Positions 1 through 12,247 are shown, numbered from the stretch's first letter. The stretch: 32,000 bases of DNA from Pirellula staleyi DSM 6068 (GCA_000025185.1 CP001848.1:2880001-2912000); one strand, 5' to 3'. Numbers and translations are program-made. The notes: generated by a model not told the origin, from the sequence alone.

Positions 1-1
1 C

Positions 2-205
2 CCCGAATTTGTCGTGCTCGACGAGCATCGCAAGGTGGTTTACCTCGGCGCGATGGACGATAGTCCCGATGGAAAGAAGATCGAAAAGCCGTACATCGAC
101 AACGTGATTGCGGCGCTACGTGCGGGAAAGTCGGCTGAAATTGCCGAAACGCCTGCGGTGGGATGCGCCGTGCGCTACGTGCGAGAACGTCGCACGAAGA
201 AGTAG
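2..205 (+). CDS. C-terminal fragment of a thioredoxin-fold (redoxin/AhpC-TSA-like) protein; the 5' end lies outside the window
   Basis: The frame is open from position 2 to the TAG at 203-205. The tail ...VVLDEHRKVVYLGAMDD...ETPAVGCAVRY resembles the C-terminal end of planctomycete redoxin-family proteins as I recall them. No catalytic CxxC is visible in the fragment. Confidence 0.4.
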   Translation, partial: PEFVVLDEHRKVVYLGAMDDSPDGKKIEKPYIDNVIAALRAGKSAEIAETPAVGCAVRYVRERRTKK

Positions 206-249
206 CCTGAAATTAGGCGAATCCCAGTGTATTTCGTCGTCTACTGGAA

Positions 250-1098
250 TTAGATGCCGAGGAATTCTTCGAGCGCTTCACGCATCACGGAAGCGTCGGG
301 ATCGATACCGGTCCAAATTTTGAAACTGATCACCGCCTGATTAACCAGCATTCCGAGGCCATCGATCGTCGTACAGCCACGCTCGGCTGCATTTCGAATG
401 AGCCAGGTTTGCGGCGGATTGAAAATCACATCCGCAACCACCAGTGGCGCGACGATGGTATCGAGCGCCACGGGAACCTTCGCTCCGGCATCGCCGAGGC
501 CAATCGAGGTGGCATTCACCAAGATATGCGTGTCGGGAGTCACTTCGTAGTCGCCGACGAGATGCACAAACTCGGCCTGGAGTTTGGCTTTGGTCACCAG
601 CAGATCGGTGAGTTCCTGGCCACGCGGAAGGCTGCGATTGACGATCGTTAGATGCTCGGTGCCAGCCAGGCCGAGTTCAACAGCAATCGCTCGCGCCGCG
701 CTACCGGCACCGATGATCACCACGCGTTTTCCCGCCGGATCGATCACCTCGCGCAGCGATTGTACGAAGCCTTTGCCATCGGTGTTCTCGCCGATTAACT
801 GATCGCCAACGCGATTGACGCAGTTCACCGCCTGCATCAATTCGGCCGCCGTGCTCAGCGAATCGAGATGTTCGATGACCGCCACTTTGTGCGGGATGGT
901 GAAGTTTCCGCCACGAAATCCGAAGGCACGCATGCCGCGCATAGCATCGGGGAGCTGAGCGGCGGGAACTTCGCAAGTCAGATAACGCCAGTCGAGCCCC
1001 GCAGCGATAAACGCCTTCTCCATCATGTACTGCGTGGGATTTCCTGCGACAGGTTGGCCCATGCAGCAAACGATCTCTTGTAGCGAAGGGGCTGTCAC
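250..1098 (-). CDS. aroE: Shikimate dehydrogenase
   Basis: 282-aa ORF. It has an N-terminal substrate-binding region (GNPTQYMMEKAF...GGNFTIPHK), an NTDGKGF motif and a Rossmann glycine-rich loop (VIIGAGSAARAIA), all typical of AroE. Confidence 0.9.
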   Translation of the reverse strand: MTAPSLQEIVCCMGQPVAGNPTQYMMEKAFIAAGLDWRYLTCEVPAAQLPDAMRGMRAFGFRGGNFTIPHKVAVIEHLDSLSTAAELMQAVNCVNRVGDQLIGENTDGKGFVQSLREVIDPAGKRVVIIGAGSAARAIAVELGLAGTEHLTIVNRSLPRGQELTDLLVTKAKLQAEFVHLVGDYEVTPDTHILVNATSIGLGDAGAKVPVALDTIVAPLVVADVIFNPPQTWLIRNAAERGCTTIDGLGMLVNQAVISFKIWTGIDPDASVMREALEEFLGI

Positions 1099-1155
1099 GG
1101 CTCGAAGTTTCCTGCTCGCTGGCGTGATGAAAGGCGGGAACGTCTCCTCTCTATC

Positions 1156-1866
1156 TTAGCCGATCAGCTGCTTCATCTCACGTACGGCTCGCTCGAGTCC
1201 CACAAAAACGGCTCGCGCCACGATGCTGTGCCCGATATTCAGCTCGTGCATCCCATCGATTGCCGCCACCGGCTTCACGTTGTAGTAATTCAACCCGTGG
1301 CCGGCGTGGAGCGCCATCCCCAGCGAGCGAATCAGTGCACCAGCATTCGTGAGTTTGACAAGCTCTTCGTGCTGCGCGGCACCTTTAGTAAGGGCGTACT
1401 GACCGGTGTGAAGTTCCACCGCTTCGCTCCCCAAACGCTTGGCCGCTTCGAGCTGGCGGCTGTCGGGATCGAGGAACAGACTGACCGGAATCCCTGCTTT
1501 TTGCAGTTTTTCCATCGCGCGAGCCACTGCTGCTTCGTGCGAAACCACGTCGAGACCACCTTCGGTCGTCACTTCCTCGCGGCGCTCGGGAACCAGGGTC
1601 GCCTGATCGGGTTTCACCTGACAGGCAAGCTCGACAATCTCGGGAGCAACGCTCAGCTCGAGGTTCAGCTTGATGTGCACCGTTTCTCGCAGCACTCGGA
1701 CGTCGCGCGTTTGAATGTGCCGCATATCCTCGCGCAAATGCACCGTAATGGTGTCGGCTCCACCCAATTCGGCCAGCACAGCCGCCGCTACCGGATCGGG
1801 TTCATAAGTTTTTCGAGCCTGACGAATCGTCGCAACGTGGTCGATGTTCACACCGAGTTCGGGCAT
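1156..1866 (-). CDS. pdxJ: Pyridoxine 5'-phosphate synthase
   Basis: 236-aa [33 protein letters not shown] and HAGHGLNY are hallmark PdxJ motifs, and the length is typical. Confidence 0.92.
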   Translation of the reverse strand: MPELGVNIDHVATIRQARKTYEPDPVAAAVLAELGGADTITVHLREDMRHIQTRDVRVLRETVHIKLNLELSVAPEIVELACQVKPDQATLVPERREEVTTEGGLDVVSHEAAVARAMEKLQKAGIPVSLFLDPDSRQLEAAKRLGSEAVELHTGQYALTKGAAQHEELVKLTNAGALIRSLGMALHAGHGLNYYNVKPVAAIDGMHELNIGHSIVARAVFVGLERAVREMKQLIG

Positions 1867-2022
1867 GGAAGGATGACGGTTCCTGGGAGATGTGGGGGAG
1901 TATTGGACGGCGCGATTAACGCCACCTGTCGTATTCTATCGCAAACGCCCACCAGCGAAGAGGACATCTGCCCGACTGTTGCTGGAGACCGAAAAACGGT
2001 CTTCCGAGTTCACGGCCCAATG

Positions 2023-3489
2023 TTAAGCCAGCAGACCTTTCACCACGTTTCCGTGCACATCGGTGAGGCGGAAATCGCGTCCCTGAAAGCGGTAGGTTAG
2101 CTTCGTGTGATCGATCCCCAGAGCATGCAAAATCGTCGCCTGGAAATCATGAACATGCACACCATCTTTCACGATGTTGTAGCAATAATCATCGGTTTCG
2201 CCCCAGGAAACACCCGGTTTCATCCCACCACCCGCCATCCAAAGCGTAAAGCAGCGTCCATGGTGATCGCGACCATAGTTGGTGGGAGTCAGCGAACCTT
2301 GGCTGTAGACGGTGCGGCCAAATTCGCCACCCCAAATCACGAGTGTGTCGTCGAGCAGACCTCGCTCTTTTAGGTCCTGAACGAGTGCTGCCGACGGGCG
2401 ATCGACGTCGCTGCATTGACCCTTGATCTGCCCCGGCAAGCTGCTGTGCTGATCCCAGCCGCGATGCATCAGCTGAATGAACCGTACGTCGCGTTCGGCC
2501 ATGCGTCGCGCGAGGAGGCAGTTGCGGGCGAATCCACCATCGACGTTGCTATCGTTAATGCCGTAGCGATCGAGCGTTTCCTGCGTTTCCCCCGACAAAT
2601 CGGTGAGCTCGGGGACCGACGCTTGCATGCGAAACGCCATTTCGTACTGCGCAATGCGGGCCTGAATTTCAGGATCCCCCAGTTCGCTGCTTTGCAACTG
2701 GTTCAGCTGCGAAACTGCATCGAGCATGTTGCGCCGCTGCTCGCGATCGACCCCCTCGGGATTCGAGAGGTACAAGACTGGATCTTTACCAGCTCGCAAG
2801 CGAACGCCTTGATGCTCCGACGGAATAAAGCCACTTCCCCAGAGTCGCGAGAAGATCGGCTGATCGGTCTTATTGCCACTCCCTTGCGAGATCATCACCA
2901 CAAACGACGGCAGATTGTCGTTCGCGTTCCCAAGCCCATAGCTGAGCCATGATCCAATGCTCGGACGCCCCGGCTGCTGCGAGCCGGTTTGCAAAAAAGT
3001 GATCGCCGGGTCGTGATTAATCGCCTCGGTGTTCATCGTCTTGATGATCGTGAGATCGTCGACCACTTTGGCTGTGTGCGGCAGCAGTTCGCTGATGTAG
3101 GTTCCCGTTTCGCCATGGCGATCGAATTTGAAGATCGACGATGCACAAGGGAACGATTTCTGTCCCGCCGTCATGCCGGTGACACGTTGTCCTTGGCGTA
3201 CCGATTCCGGCAGTTCCTGGCCGTGATAATCCTTCAGTTTCGGTTTGTAATCGAACAGATCAATGTGGCTTGGGCCACCCGACATCACCAGGTAAATGAT
3301 CCGTTTAGCTCGGGCGGGAAAATGCGTTTGCTTCAGAATGCCCGGATGCACATTGCCACGTATTTGCTCAGCTCCGCGCGAGTCGCCAGACAGGAGCGAA
3401 GCCAGTGCGGCAACGCCAACAGCCGACGATGCACCTGTGAGCCATTGTCGTCGCGAAATGCTTTCGAGCATCGGAAGTGGAAGTTGCAT
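2023..3489 (-). CDS. DUF1501 family protein (alkaline-phosphatase/sulfatase-fold) with a Tat-type leader
   Basis: 488 aa. It has an N-terminal SRRQWL twin-arginine-like leader. [31 protein letters not shown] and [17 protein letters not shown] are the conserved DUF1501 blocks. It lies downstream of a PSD1 protein, the classic pairing. Confidence 0.9.
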   Translation of the reverse strand: MQLPLPMLESISRRQWLTGASSAVGVAALASLLSGDSRGAEQIRGNVHPGILKQTHFPARAKRIIYLVMSGGPSHIDLFDYKPKLKDYHGQELPESVRQGQRVTGMTAGQKSFPCASSIFKFDRHGETGTYISELLPHTAKVVDDLTIIKTMNTEAINHDPAITFLQTGSQQPGRPSIGSWLSYGLGNANDNLPSFVVMISQGSGNKTDQPIFSRLWGSGFIPSEHQGVRLRAGKDPVLYLSNPEGVDREQRRNMLDAVSQLNQLQSSELGDPEIQARIAQYEMAFRMQASVPELTDLSGETQETLDRYGINDSNVDGGFARNCLLARRMAERDVRFIQLMHRGWDQHSSLPGQIKGQCSDVDRPSAALVQDLKERGLLDDTLVIWGGEFGRTVYSQGSLTPTNYGRDHHGRCFTLWMAGGGMKPGVSWGETDDYCYNIVKDGVHVHDFQATILHALGIDHTKLTYRFQGRDFRLTDVHGNVVKGLLA

Positions 3490-3576
3490 GGCAAGCGACT
3501 CGCTATCGAAAATGGGTGGTATTTCTAGTGGATATCTTGCGAAACATGCCCAGCAATGCGGACCGATGCAAAGTGG

Positions 3577-6500
3577 CTACCGGTTCATCGCTTCATCGGT
3601 GTTTAGCAGTGTGCTGCAGAGAATCGTCCAGGCTGCGAGCTCACTCGCTTCCAGTCCCTCGGGGCTCTTCGACTCACCGACGGCGAGCAGTTTCGTCGCT
3701 TGATCGGCATGCTTGGCGTAGTGCGAACGCTGGTAGTCAATCACGCTTTGCAGGATCGATAGCTCGAGTGGTTTGGCCTGGCGAGCAGTTACCATTTTGA
3801 CAGCCAAACGAAGTCGTTCGCCGTCGTTCTTCAGCGAAGGATCGGAGAGCAAACGTGCGGCAAATTGTCGTGAAGCTTCGACATACGTGGGGTCGTTGAG
3901 CATCACGAGCGCTTGCAGTGGCGTGTTGGTGCGAGCTCGCCGAACCGTGCAAGTTTCGCGATCCGGCGCGTCGAAGGTGACGAGCGTGGGTGGAGGAGCT
4001 GTGCGCTTCCAAAACGTGTACATCGTGCGGCGATAAAGATCTTGGCCGTGATCTTGTTTGTACTTCTGCGCGGTCCAATTATCACCGTCGGCTCGCGAGG
4101 CAAGTTCTTCCCAAATACCTGCCGGCTGATAAGGGGAAACGCTCTTCCCGCCGATGTTGCTGTCGAGTAGGCCACTCAAATAGAGCGACGAATCACGCAA
4201 GAATTCAGCCTGCAATCGAAAACGGCTGCCACGCGCGAGAAGTCGATTCTCAGGATCTCGTGCCAGCTTTTCCGGAGTCACACGCGAGCTTTGGCGATAG
4301 GTGCTCGAGAGGACGATCTGCTTCACAAGGCGTTTGACATCCCAGCGCTCGGTCGCACGATCGGCACCGACAAAATCAACGGCCAAGTAATCGAGCAATT
4401 CGGGGTGGCTGGGGAGCTCGCCTTGCGATCCAAAATCCTCGCTCGTCTTCACGAGTCCAATTCCAAAAAACATCTGCCAAAAGCGGTTCACGGTCACCCG
4501 TGCGAGCAAAGGATGCTGTGCGTCGGTGAGCCAGTTAGCGAGTCCCAAACGGTTGCGCGGCTGGTCGCTTCCGAGCGGAGGAAGAGCTGCGGGAACTTCA
4601 GCTGTCACTTTCTCGCCGTTGGCGTCGTAGGCCCCTCGCAGCTTGATGAACGTGTCGCGTGGGCTTGGCATTTCGGCCATCACCATCGTCGTCGGGATCG
4701 CCTGGTCGATCGCCGCCAGTTCGCTCTTTTGCTTCTGTAAATCGGCTTGTAGTGAGCGAAGTTCAGGCGAAACCGCGAGCTTCTCCATCAGCGAGTGGAT
4801 GAGCGTTGCGTCTTCCTGATTGCGAGCCGGGGCTGGTTTCGAGAGAGCCGCTATGTGCTCGGCTGTCAGCTGCGGATAGCTCGCGCCTGTTCCGCTGACG
4901 CGGAAGCGTCCGAGTTGATGCTGCGCAAACTGCGATTCGAACTTCAGCACTAATCGGACTCGCTTGGCGGCAATGGGCCGCACGAGTTCGAGCGTCAGCT
5001 GATGTTCTTTGCCAACTTGGGGATGAATGGCCCAGCCCGTCGTCAGGTTGTCGTCGATGGTGTTGCTGGCTGGAAATGTCTCTTGGCTAAAGTCGGCAGT
5101 GGCAGTGGCGATGGCCAGACGCTCTACCGGACTCCCTGCGTCGTCGAGCAGGTGAAGCTCGATATCGGTGAGCACAATGTTGCCATTCACACTTCGTCCG
5201 GGACCACTTCCTTGAAGTGCCGAGTCGGGAAGAGCTTCAACTCGTAAGGCCGACAGTTGCTGCTGCATATCGCGCGAGACAAGCGAACTGGTATCGAGGT
5301 CGATCGTGTAAATCTCAGTGGCAGCGTTGGGGCCACCTACCCGTAGTGAGCCATCGTCGAGTTTTTCGAACGTCGCTTTTCCGCGCGACGAAGCTTTGGC
5401 TCCCTCGAGGATCGTAAACTTCGTGGCCCCTTGTTCGATGAGTACTTTCTCGAGCGAACTTCCAGCGGGAATCGCTTTCGCAAGTTCCTCGGCAATTCGC
5501 TTTTCGGTCGCCGCAATCTTCGACTTCATGGACTCCTGCATTACCTGCTGAATACGCGAGGGTGATTTCAGCAGCGGCGCGGCATTGCCACGCGAGCCAT
5601 CCAGACCATTCTCTGGAACGTTGTTGAAAAATGCGTAGAGCTGATAGAACTCGCGGTGGCTGATCGGATCGTACTTGTGATCGTGGCACTGGGCACAAGC
5701 GACGGTGAGTCCCAGGAATACTGTGCTTGTCGTACTAACGCGGTCGACGATGTAGGCGTTGTGATATTCGGCCGGGATCGCACCACCTTCGAAATTGATC
5801 ATGTGGTTGCGATTGAATCCACTGGCAACCAGTTGTCGGTGCGTCACCTTCTCGTCGTCGGATTTCGGGAGCAAATCGCCAGCAAGTTGCTCGCGCGTGA
5901 AGACATCGTAGGGCAGATTCGTAGCAAAGGCGTCGATGACATACTCGCGCCAACGAGTCATGTCGCGGCCACTGTCGATATGAAAGCCGTGCGTGTCGGC
6001 AAAGCGAGCAGCGTCGAGCCAGTCGACCGCCATCCGTTCGCCGTAAGCAGGTGAACTGAGCAGTCGATCCACCACGCGTTCGAAAGCGTCGGGGCGGCTA
6101 TCGCTTGTAAACGCATCGACCTCGGAAGGCGTAGGGGGAAGTCCCGTGAGATCGAGAGTCACACGCCGGATGAGTGCTGCGCGGTCGGCTTCAGCTTCAG
6201 GCACAAGTCCTTCTTTTTCGAGTCGAGCCAGCACGAACTGATCGATCACCCCGCGCGACCAGTCGCGATTCTTGGTCACCGGAACAGCCGATTTCACGGG
6301 AGGAACAAAGGACCAGTGAGCAGCAAAGTTGGCCCCTTCAGCGATCCACTGACGCAGCGTGGCGACTTCGGCTGCTGAAACTTTTTTCCCGGTCTCGGGA
6401 GGGGGCATCACCACATCGTGATCGGTTGCCAAGAGCCGTTTAATGAGCTCACTCTCATCGGGCTTGCCTGGAATGATGGCTGTTTCGCCCGAGTCGAGCG

Positions 6501-6708
6501 CTGTGATGGCCGACTTACGCTCGTCGAGACGCAGCCCCGCTTCGCGCGTTCCGCTATCAGGTCCGTGACAGCGAAAGCATCGATCCGAAAGAATCGGACG
6601 GACCTGTTTCACGAAATCGATTTCCGCAGCGCTCGAAACTTGAGTCGCACAAGTGATGGCGAGCACGAACGATGCGAGGAACACCTGGAAGGGTGTTGGC
6701 TGGGGCAT
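3577..6708 (-). CDS. PSCyt1/PSCyt2(DUF1549)/PSD1(DUF1553) domain protein, a putative secreted multi-domain c-type cytochrome-like protein
   Basis: 1043 aa with a signal-peptide-like N-terminus. It has a CxxCH motif (CFRCHGPD) near the N-terminus and a second one (CAQCHDHKYDP). The C-terminal block RFWQ...FG.GLV...EDFG.QGE.PSHPELLD is typical of DUF1553. Confidence 0.9.
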   Translation of the reverse strand: MPQPTPFQVFLASFVLAITCATQVSSAAEIDFVKQVRPILSDRCFRCHGPDSGTREAGLRLDERKSAITALDSGETAIIPGKPDESELIKRLLATDHDVVMPPPETGKKVSAAEVATLRQWIAEGANFAAHWSFVPPVKSAVPVTKNRDWSRGVIDQFVLARLEKEGLVPEAEADRAALIRRVTLDLTGLPPTPSEVDAFTSDSRPDAFERVVDRLLSSPAYGERMAVDWLDAARFADTHGFHIDSGRDMTRWREYVIDAFATNLPYDVFTREQLAGDLLPKSDDEKVTHRQLVASGFNRNHMINFEGGAIPAEYHNAYIVDRVSTTSTVFLGLTVACAQCHDHKYDPISHREFYQLYAFFNNVPENGLDGSRGNAAPLLKSPSRIQQVMQESMKSKIAATEKRIAEELAKAIPAGSSLEKVLIEQGATKFTILEGAKASSRGKATFEKLDDGSLRVGGPNAATEIYTIDLDTSSLVSRDMQQQLSALRVEALPDSALQGSGPGRSVNGNIVLTDIELHLLDDAGSPVERLAIATATADFSQETFPASNTIDDNLTTGWAIHPQVGKEHQLTLELVRPIAAKRVRLVLKFESQFAQHQLGRFRVSGTGASYPQLTAEHIAALSKPAPARNQEDATLIHSLMEKLAVSPELRSLQADLQKQKSELAAIDQAIPTTMVMAEMPSPRDTFIKLRGAYDANGEKVTAEVPAALPPLGSDQPRNRLGLANWLTDAQHPLLARVTVNRFWQMFFGIGLVKTSEDFGSQGELPSHPELLDYLAVDFVGADRATERWDVKRLVKQIVLSSTYRQSSRVTPEKLARDPENRLLARGSRFRLQAEFLRDSSLYLSGLLDSNIGGKSVSPYQPAGIWEELASRADGDNWTAQKYKQDHGQDLYRRTMYTFWKRTAPPPTLVTFDAPDRETCTVRRARTNTPLQALVMLNDPTYVEASRQFAARLLSDPSLKNDGERLRLAVKMVTARQAKPLELSILQSVIDYQRSHYAKHADQATKLLAVGESKSPEGLEASELAAWTILCSTLLNTDEAMNR

Positions 6709-7483
6709 GGCGAGCTACTTTCGCTGAATGGGCGGGAGCCAGCGGCCTCGTGCGGCGTCGCGGCTAATGGTTCTAAGTATATCCCATAGCCCAACACTTG
6801 CGAGCAGCAATCAGCCGCTCCCCTGCATTGTGAATAAGTTCACAGCTGCGCATTTTCGCGCACCACGCACATCAGCCCCGCTGCCTCACGACTGTCCACT
6901 CCTGCTGTCGTGAAAAACGTTCATGTTTCCCGCAGAAAATCGGGGTTTGTAAAGAAATGGTGTCAGCTGCTATTGCCCCGCGTGAGTTCGGGAAATAGGC
7001 TTGAAATAGAGGTAACCGAGATCGACATGGGGTAGGGATCGCCCTCTCGCCAATCGCTAGCAGGCACACCTTCCAAGTGTGAATGAAGCGTCTAACCTGC
7101 CCCTGCCAAGTGTCTCATCCTCGTGAAGAACGCTCTTTCGCAAGTTCTCCCGCTATCAGCTGCGAACCATTTCACAGCGCGTAGTTTCTTTCCGGGATGA
7201 ACATTTTCTCGCGGCAAGAATCACGCGCCCCGAATCTTTCGCGCGACGTGATAGCGAACCATGTGGCTTTATGTCTTCAACGTCGGTCGACTGCGTTTGC
7301 TGCTGCGCGCATCGAATCGCAGTCGTCGATGAAATAGACAACAGCTCCACTGGCTACGAGACCTTGCGATCACAGCGTGGTGAAACAGTCGCTTAGTTGC
7401 ACACTTCCACCCGAAGTTCGCGCACGAGCGAGTGATTCACTTGCCTGTTCAGCACGTCGCCCACACTCGAGGAGGGAGTTGCG

Positions 7484-9535
7484 ATGAACGTCGGACATTC
7501 CATCATCTCGCTGGTCGCCAATCGTCAGGATCTCGAACAGTTTCGCAAGAAGAACTGGACGGGAACCTTCGAAGAATATCTCGACCTCGTGCGGACGAGT
7601 CCTCTCGTGGCACGCAACGCGTTTCAGCGTGTCTACGACATGATTCAATCGTATGGCAGCGATGTCTACGAAGAATCTCGGGGCGAGCGGCGTGTGTCGT
7701 ATCGCTTTTTTCAAGATCCCGACAACGGCGGACGCGACGCTGTATTTGGGCTCGATGAATCGCTCGAGGCGTTCGTCAACGCCATCAAGAGTGCGGCCAA
7801 AGGCTACGGCATCGAGAAGCGTGTGCTGCTGCTCCATGGACCGGTTGGAAGTAGCAAAAGCACCATCGCGCGACTCCTGAAACGAGGACTCGAACGCTAT
7901 ACAACCACCGACGAAGGTGCGCTCTACACGCTCGGCTGGATCGATGAAGAAAGTCCCGAGGACGTGCACTGGTGCCCCATGCACGAAGAACCGCTGCACC
8001 TCATTCCCGAGCGTTTTCGCGACGATGTGACCGCCAGCCTCAATGAGGGGCGCGATGACGATGGCTACAAAGTAAAGATCGTGGGCGATCTCTGCCCCTT
8101 CTGCCGGTTCATGTACACCGAGCGGCTGAAAAAATATGGCGGCGACTGGACTCGCGTGATTCAAGATATCCGCGTCAAACGGATCGTACTCAACGAACAA
8201 GATCGGATCGGCATTGGAACCTTTCAGCCGAAAGATGAGAAAAATCAAGATAGCACCGAACTGACCGGGGATATCAATTATCGCAAAATCGCCCAGTACG
8301 GCAGCGATAGTGATCCTCGCGCCTTCAACTTCGATGGTGAGTTCAATGTGGCGAACCGGGGGATCATCGAGTTCATCGAAGTCCTCAAACTCGATGTGGC
8401 GTTCCTCTACGATCTGCTCGGAGCAAGCCAGGAACATAAGGTCAAGCCAAAGAAGTTTGCTCAAACCGATATCGACGAAGTGATTATCGGTCACACGAAT
8501 GAACCCGAGTATCGACGCTTGCAGAACAACGAGTTCATGGAAGCGCTCCGCGATCGGACCGTCAAAATCGACGTCCCTTACGTAACGCGGCTGAGCGATG
8601 AGATTCGCATTTACGAAAAGGACTACAACCGCGAGAAAGTGAAGGGGAAACACATTGCCCCGCACACCATTGAGATGGCTGCCATGTGGGCCGTCCTCAC
8701 GCGGCTCGAACAGCCCAACAACGCGAGTCTCACACTGCTGCAAAAGCTCAAGCTCTACAACGGCAAAACCCTCCCCGGATTCACCGAGGAGAACATCAAG
8801 GAACTGCGCGAAGAAGCAATCACCGAAGGCCTGCACGGCATCAGTCCACGCTATGTGCAGGACAAGATCAGTAACGCCCTGGTGGTGCATCTCGACTCGC
8901 AATCGATTAACCCCTTCATGGTGCTTAACGAACTCGAAGCGGGGCTGAAGCATCACTCGCTTATCACCAGCGAAGAGACTCGCTCACGCTACCGAGAAAT
9001 GCTCGGCGTGGTGAAGGAAGAGTACGAAAACATCGTGAAAAACGAGGTTCAGCGTGCAATTGCAGCCGACGAAGATGCCCTCAAGCGTCTCTGTGGCAAC
9101 TACATCGACAACGTCAAGGCGTACACGCAGCGCGAGAAAGTCCGCAACAAGTTCACCGGCCAATACGACGAGCCCGACGAGCGGCTGATGCGCTCGATCG
9201 AAGAAAAAATCGACATCCCCGAGAGTCGCAAGGACGACTTCCGCCGCGAGATCATGAACTACATTGCTGCCCAGTTGATGGACGGCAAGATGTTCGACTA
9301 TCGGTCGAACGAGCGGCTGTACAAAGCCTTGCAACTCAAGTTGTTTGAAGATCAGAAAGACACCATCAAACTGACGAGTCTTGTCAGCCAAGTGGTGGAC
9401 AAGGATACGCAGGCCAAGATCGATGTGGTGAAGGGGCGTTTGATTCGCGACTTTGGCTACGACGAAGAGAGCGCCACTGATGTGCTGAACTATGTGGCGA
9501 GCATCTTTGCTCGTGGTGATGTGAAACGAAAATAG
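7484..9535 (+). CDS. prkA: PrkA family serine protein kinase (YeaG-like AAA/P-loop protein)
   Basis: 683 aa. GAGGAGGGAG Shine-Dalgarno sequence just upstream of the ATG. P-loop [13 protein letters not shown]. The length and conserved blocks ([26 protein letters not shown]) match PrkA/YeaG. Confidence 0.93.
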   Translation: MNVGHSIISLVANRQDLEQFRKKNWTGTFEEYLDLVRTSPLVARNAFQRVYDMIQSYGSDVYEESRGERRVSYRFFQDPDNGGRDAVFGLDESLEAFVNAIKSAAKGYGIEKRVLLLHGPVGSSKSTIARLLKRGLERYTTTDEGALYTLGWIDEESPEDVHWCPMHEEPLHLIPERFRDDVTASLNEGRDDDGYKVKIVGDLCPFCRFMYTERLKKYGGDWTRVIQDIRVKRIVLNEQDRIGIGTFQPKDEKNQDSTELTGDINYRKIAQYGSDSDPRAFNFDGEFNVANRGIIEFIEVLKLDVAFLYDLLGASQEHKVKPKKFAQTDIDEVIIGHTNEPEYRRLQNNEFMEALRDRTVKIDVPYVTRLSDEIRIYEKDYNREKVKGKHIAPHTIEMAAMWAVLTRLEQPNNASLTLLQKLKLYNGKTLPGFTEENIKELREEAITEGLHGISPRYVQDKISNALVVHLDSQSINPFMVLNELEAGLKHHSLITSEETRSRYREMLGVVKEEYENIVKNEVQRAIAADEDALKRLCGNYIDNVKAYTQREKVRNKFTGQYDEPDERLMRSIEEKIDIPESRKDDFRREIMNYIAAQLMDGKMFDYRSNERLYKALQLKLFEDQKDTIKLTSLVSQVVDKDTQAKIDVVKGRLIRDFGYDEESATDVLNYVASIFARGDVKRK

Positions 9536-9582
9536 GTGGGAGCGTGGCCGTGCCCGCAGGATGACGAAAGGAGCCAATCACC

Positions 9583-10692
9583 GTGGTCATGAAGATCGAT
9601 CGCGATGCGCAGCGATTCAAGGAGATTGTGCGCGGACGCATTCGCGACAACTTGAAAAAGTACATCACGCACGGCGAAATGATTGGCCGTAAAGGGGGCG
9701 ATCTCGTTTCGATTCCCCTCCCCCAGCTCGATGTCCCGCACTTCAAGTATGGCAAGAATGGCCGTGGTGGAGTTGGTCAAGGGGATGGTGAAGTAGGGCA
9801 GCCTGTCGCGCCCGGTGAAGGGGAGGGAGATGCGAGCGGCAAGGCGGGTGGTGAAGCGGGCGAGCATGTGCTGGAAGTGGATGTTTCGCTCCAAGAACTG
9901 GCGGAAATCCTCGGCAGTGAGCTGAAACTTCCCAAGATTGAGCCGAAGGGGCGCGCGAGTATCACCCAAGAAAAAACGCGTTACAACAGCATCCGCCGCG
10001 TGGGTCCCGAATCGCTCCGTCATTTTCGCCGCACCTATGTCGAAGCACTACGGCGTCAGCTCTCCGAAGGCTCTTATCGCCCCATCGATCCCCGGATTGT
10101 GCCGATCAAAGAAGACCGGCGTTATCGCTCGTGGGAAAGCACCCCCGAGCCACAAGCGTCGGCGGTGATTCTCTACATGATGGACGTTTCGGGGTCGATG
10201 ACCGACGAGCAAAAGCAGATCGTTCGGACCGAAGCGTTTTGGATCGATACCTGGCTGCGATCGCAGTACAAGGGGCTCGAGCGGCGCTACATCATTCACG
10301 ACGCCGCTGCCAAAGAGGTCGACGAGCATACGTTCTATCACACACGCGAAAGTGGTGGCACGCGCATCAGTTCGGCCTACAAGGTGGCTGTTGACCTGAT
10401 CGATCGGCAGTTCAGTCCCAACGACTGGAACATCTACTGTTTTCAGTTCAGCGACGGCGATAACTGGGGAGACGATAATCGTCAGTCGCTCAGTTTGCTC
10501 CGCGAAAAATTGATCCCCAGCAGCAATCTGTTTTGCTACGGCCAGGTCGAAAGTCCCTACGGAAGTGGCGAGTATTATCGCGTGCTCGAAGAGGCGTTTG
10601 GGGAAGAGCACGACCGCCTGATCCTCTCGGAGATTGAAAACAAAGAGGGAATTTACGCGTCGATCAAAACGTTCCTCGGACGGGGAAAGTGA
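9583..10692 (+). CDS. yeaH: YeaH/YhbH family protein (DUF444, VWA-like)
   Basis: 369 aa. The GTG at 9583 lies 9 nt after an AAAGGAG Shine-Dalgarno sequence; an in-frame ATG at 9589 is an alternative start. It has a MIDAS-like MMDVSGSM motif and a glycine/acidic-rich loop. Its position directly after prkA is the conserved arrangement. Confidence 0.9.
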   Translation: MVMKIDRDAQRFKEIVRGRIRDNLKKYITHGEMIGRKGGDLVSIPLPQLDVPHFKYGKNGRGGVGQGDGEVGQPVAPGEGEGDASGKAGGEAGEHVLEVDVSLQELAEILGSELKLPKIEPKGRASITQEKTRYNSIRRVGPESLRHFRRTYVEALRRQLSEGSYRPIDPRIVPIKEDRRYRSWESTPEPQASAVILYMMDVSGSMTDEQKQIVRTEAFWIDTWLRSQYKGLERRYIIHDAAAKEVDEHTFYHTRESGGTRISSAYKVAVDLIDRQFSPNDWNIYCFQFSDGDNWGDDNRQSLSLLREKLIPSSNLFCYGQVESPYGSGEYYRVLEEAFGEEHDRLILSEIENKEGIYASIKTFLGRGK

Positions 10693-12218
10693 GGCCCGCT
10701 GTGCAGTCGCTTCATCGGTTTCGCTCACTCACGCCACAGCTCGTCGAAGTTCAGCGGCAAATGGAGGAGCATGCCCGCAACTATGGGCTCGACTTCTTCA
10801 CCACCATCTTTGAGGTGGTCGATGCCGATCAACTGAACGCGATCGCTGCCTATGGTGGTTTTCCGACGCGCTATCCCCACTGGCGATTTGGAATGGAGTA
10901 CGAGCAGCTGAGTAAAGGCTACTCCTATGGTCTGCAGAAAATTTATGAGCTCGTGATCAATAACGATCCATGCTACGCCTACCTTCTTGCCAGCAACATG
11001 ATGACCGATCACAAGCTGGTGATGGCCCACGTCTATGGTCACTGCGACTTCTTTAAGAACAACGAGTGGTTCAGCAAAACCAATCGCCGCATGATCGACG
11101 AGATGGCCAACCATGGGAATCGGATTCGGGACTACATGGATCGCTACGGTGTCGAGGAAGTCGAAACGTTCATCGACTCGTGCCTTACGATCGAGTGGCT
11201 GATCGACATTTACTCACCCCACATCAAACGCCGAAGCACGGTGCTGCAAAGCAGCATGATGGCGGAGCAAGAGGAGGTGGCAGGTCCCACGGCGACCCGT
11301 TTTCAGTCGAAATCGTACATGGATTCGTTCGTGAATCCCCCCGCTGCCATGCACGAAGAAATGGAGCAAAAGCGGCGAGATCTCGAGCGCAAAGAGAGTT
11401 TTCCGAGCGAACCGATGCGCGACGTCATGCTGTTCTTGCTCGAACATGCGCCGCTGAAACCTTGGCAGCACGATGTGCTGGCGATCATCCGGGATGAGGC
11501 GTATTACTTTGCGCCACAAGCTCAAACCAAAATCATGAACGAAGGGTGGGCCACCTATTGGCACAGCACGATCATGACCCGTCACGGGATCGAACCTGCT
11601 GACCTGGTTTGTTACGCCGATCATTGCAGCGGCACACTCGCCGGATCACGCACACGCCTGAATCCGTACAAGCTAGGGCTTGAGCTGTTTCGTGATATCG
11701 AAGATCGCTGGAATCGTGGCGCTTTTGGCGAGGATTTTGATGCGTGCGATGACTATCGCGAGAAAAAACATTGGGACAAAAAACTTGGGCTTGGACGGAA
11801 GAAGATTTTTGAAGTTCGAAAAGTGCATAACGATCTGACGTTCATCGATGAGTTCTTGACCCTCGATTTCTGCCGCGAGCATAAGCTCTTTTCGTTCGGG
11901 ATGAACAAGGAATCAGGCTACTACGAAATCGAAAGCCGGCAGTTTGCCGAAGTGAAGAAGACGCTGCTGTTCAATCTGACCAACATCGGCAGGCCGATCA
12001 TTTATGTGAAAGATGGAAACTATCGGAATCGAGGAGAGCTTTATTTAGAGCATCGTTACAGCGGCGTCGAACTCGATACCAAGTACGCGCAAGATACGCT
12101 GACGAATTTGCATCGCTTATGGAAGCGACCTGTCCACATCGAGACGGTGACGAGCGACGTGGTGACGGTGCATTCGTTCGATGGTCGCGAGCATGCGAGT
12201 ACGTCGACCAAAAAGTGA
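10689..12218 (+). CDS. spoVR: SpoVR/YcgB family protein
   Basis: 509 aa. The start GTG overlaps the yeaH stop (GTGA), suggesting translational coupling; GTG 10701 is an alternative start. Conserved blocks: [29 protein letters not shown]. Confidence 0.9.
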   Translation: MRPAVQSLHRFRSLTPQLVEVQRQMEEHARNYGLDFFTTIFEVVDADQLNAIAAYGGFPTRYPHWRFGMEYEQLSKGYSYGLQKIYELVINNDPCYAYLLASNMMTDHKLVMAHVYGHCDFFKNNEWFSKTNRRMIDEMANHGNRIRDYMDRYGVEEVETFIDSCLTIEWLIDIYSPHIKRRSTVLQSSMMAEQEEVAGPTATRFQSKSYMDSFVNPPAAMHEEMEQKRRDLERKESFPSEPMRDVMLFLLEHAPLKPWQHDVLAIIRDEAYYFAPQAQTKIMNEGWATYWHSTIMTRHGIEPADLVCYADHCSGTLAGSRTRLNPYKLGLELFRDIEDRWNRGAFGEDFDACDDYREKKHWDKKLGLGRKKIFEVRKVHNDLTFIDEFLTLDFCREHKLFSFGMNKESGYYEIESRQFAEVKKTLLFNLTNIGRPIIYVKDGNYRNRGELYLEHRYSGVELDTKYAQDTLTNLHRLWKRPVHIETVTSDVVTVHSFDGREHASTSTKK

Positions 12219-12247
12219 GCCGTCCGGCGCTCAGGAGCGGTTTTCCC

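Noticed and set aside
7345-7375. Sigma-54-like TGGC...TTGC motif (TGGCTACGAGACCTTGCG) upstream of prkA
   Set aside because: The GG-to-GC spacing is 2 nt longer than the -24/-12 consensus (TGGCAC-N5-TTGC), so it does not fit a functional sigma-54 promoter.
7370-8956. 528-aa ORF on the minus strand, antisense to prkA
   Set aside because: It is a shadow ORF of a high-GC gene. The plus-strand frame has unmistakable PrkA motifs and a Shine-Dalgarno sequence, while the antisense translation is low-complexity with no recognisable domain.
12119-12247. N-terminal extensions of ORFs: 12119 for the 158-aa protein, 19994 for the FliN-like protein, 13586 (GTG) for the PSCyt protein and 30201 (GTG) for the DUF2213-like protein
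   Set aside because: The extensions overlap upstream genes or lack ribosome-binding sites. The internal ATG codons give better spacing and sensible N-termini such as signal peptides. The start codons remain uncertain without experimental data.
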